Of a stretch of 64,000 nt of DNA, positions 63,164-64,000 are shown piece after piece. Source of the stretch: Balanoglossus misakiensis. Taxonomy: Eukaryota; Animalia; Hemichordata. A program made the position numbers and the translations under genes. The stretch lies in contig CM082598.2 of assembly GCA_040954595.2 (NCBI GenBank), positions 8,943,097-9,007,096 on the forward strand, in the 5' to 3' direction. Numbering within the stretch: the stretch's first letter is position 1; every line of letters starts with the position of its first letter. A model generated the notes under the pieces. It made no database searches. It saw only the letters and a list, made by a program, of their open reading frames with translations, and was not told the origin of the DNA.

Positions 63164-64000
63164 GTTAGAAAACCCGTGTGGAAAGTATCTCTACCCGTTT
63201 GAAACTAAGAAAAGAATTTATTCTTATTTATTTTGTAAAAAAGACAATTTTTATAAAAAAAGTCGAAAATGGTAATTTTGTCTTGGGTGATTCAAATTAT
63301 ACCGCCTTTCCTGGAATTTGCAGCACTTTTTACAAGAGAACGACACTTCATGCTCCATAATATTTCCGAAAATGAAGAAAAGAGTTAATTTTTTATGATT
63401 TTTTACAAATTTACCATTTTTGTCAAAATATGGCCAAAATGACTATTTTTTCTTGAATTCCGTCAATATCTCTGCATTTTTGGAGTGGTCGAAACTTTTA
63501 ACATACAATCAACATGTCATATATAATCAGGGCACCGAATTCGAAGAACAATTAAAGCTTTTTTTAATTGTTTTTCTAAAAATGACATTTTCAAGCAAAA
63601 TTTGATAACATGCAATTTTGTCTGCAATGAGCCAAATTAGACTGTCTTTTGTGGAAATTGTATCGATATATACAAACGAAGGACATTCTATACTCCATCA
63701 GATTACAGAAAATGTAGAAAACAGTTATTTTTCGTTATTTTCAAAAATTTACCATTTTTGACCAAAATGTGGCTAAAATTGTTATTTTCGTCTTGAACGC
63801 CGCCAGTGTCACTGCTTTTAAGAGTCATAAAAACTTTTAACATACAAGCAATTGTTTATATATGATCAGGTCACCGAATTCAAAAAATAAAGAATGTTTT
63901 GCATAAAAATGACCTTTTTAGTGCAAACAATGAATAAAACGCAATTTTGTATTAAATCAGCTCATTCAGAGTGCATTTTTAGAATCAGCACCATTTTTAC

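Larger units (their letters stand above)
1..64000. repeat. Composite macrosatellite, ~31 head-to-tail copies of a ~2.05-kb unit
   Basis: The anchor GTGGAAAGTATCTC recurs at 1056, 3108, 5158, 7204, 9079, 11093, 13313, 15525, 17705, 19592, 21644, 23838, 25365, 27538, 29105, 31119, 33172, 35225, 37282, 39341, 41395, 43445, 45337, 47389, 49447, 51581, 53799, 57017, 59233, 60799 and 63178, all in the same orientation. Modal spacing is ~2052 bp. Confidence 0.99.

Noticed and set aside
1-64000. rDNA, 5S, snRNA or histone tandem gene cluster
   Set aside because: No recognisable rRNA, 5S, snRNA or histone sequence in the unit on either strand by eye; a cmscan run would be the formal test.

Overview
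The whole window is non-coding eukaryotic-type repeat DNA: a head-to-tail macrosatellite of about 31 copies of a composite ~2.05-kb unit, open at both window edges. Each unit has four parts in fixed order: a poly-C tract, a ~210-bp single-copy linker, a GC/CpG-rich minisatellite of 81-bp monomers alternating as a 162-bp dimer (5-15 monomers), and a ~0.9-kb AT-rich block of ~2.5 degenerate ~335-bp repeats with ~10-bp-phased A/T tracts. Unit length changes almost only in 162-bp steps. The only foreign sequence is a 1,199-bp non-autonomous PIF/Harbinger-type element (54775-55973; TAA target-site duplication, ~47-bp TIRs). It contains a ~460-bp module with a 191-bp palindrome and a second 23-bp inverted-repeat pair. 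I found no credible protein-coding gene, rRNA, tRNA or CRISPR array; the ORF track reflects chance frames in the repeat. Function of the array and the host species cannot be determined from sequence alone.
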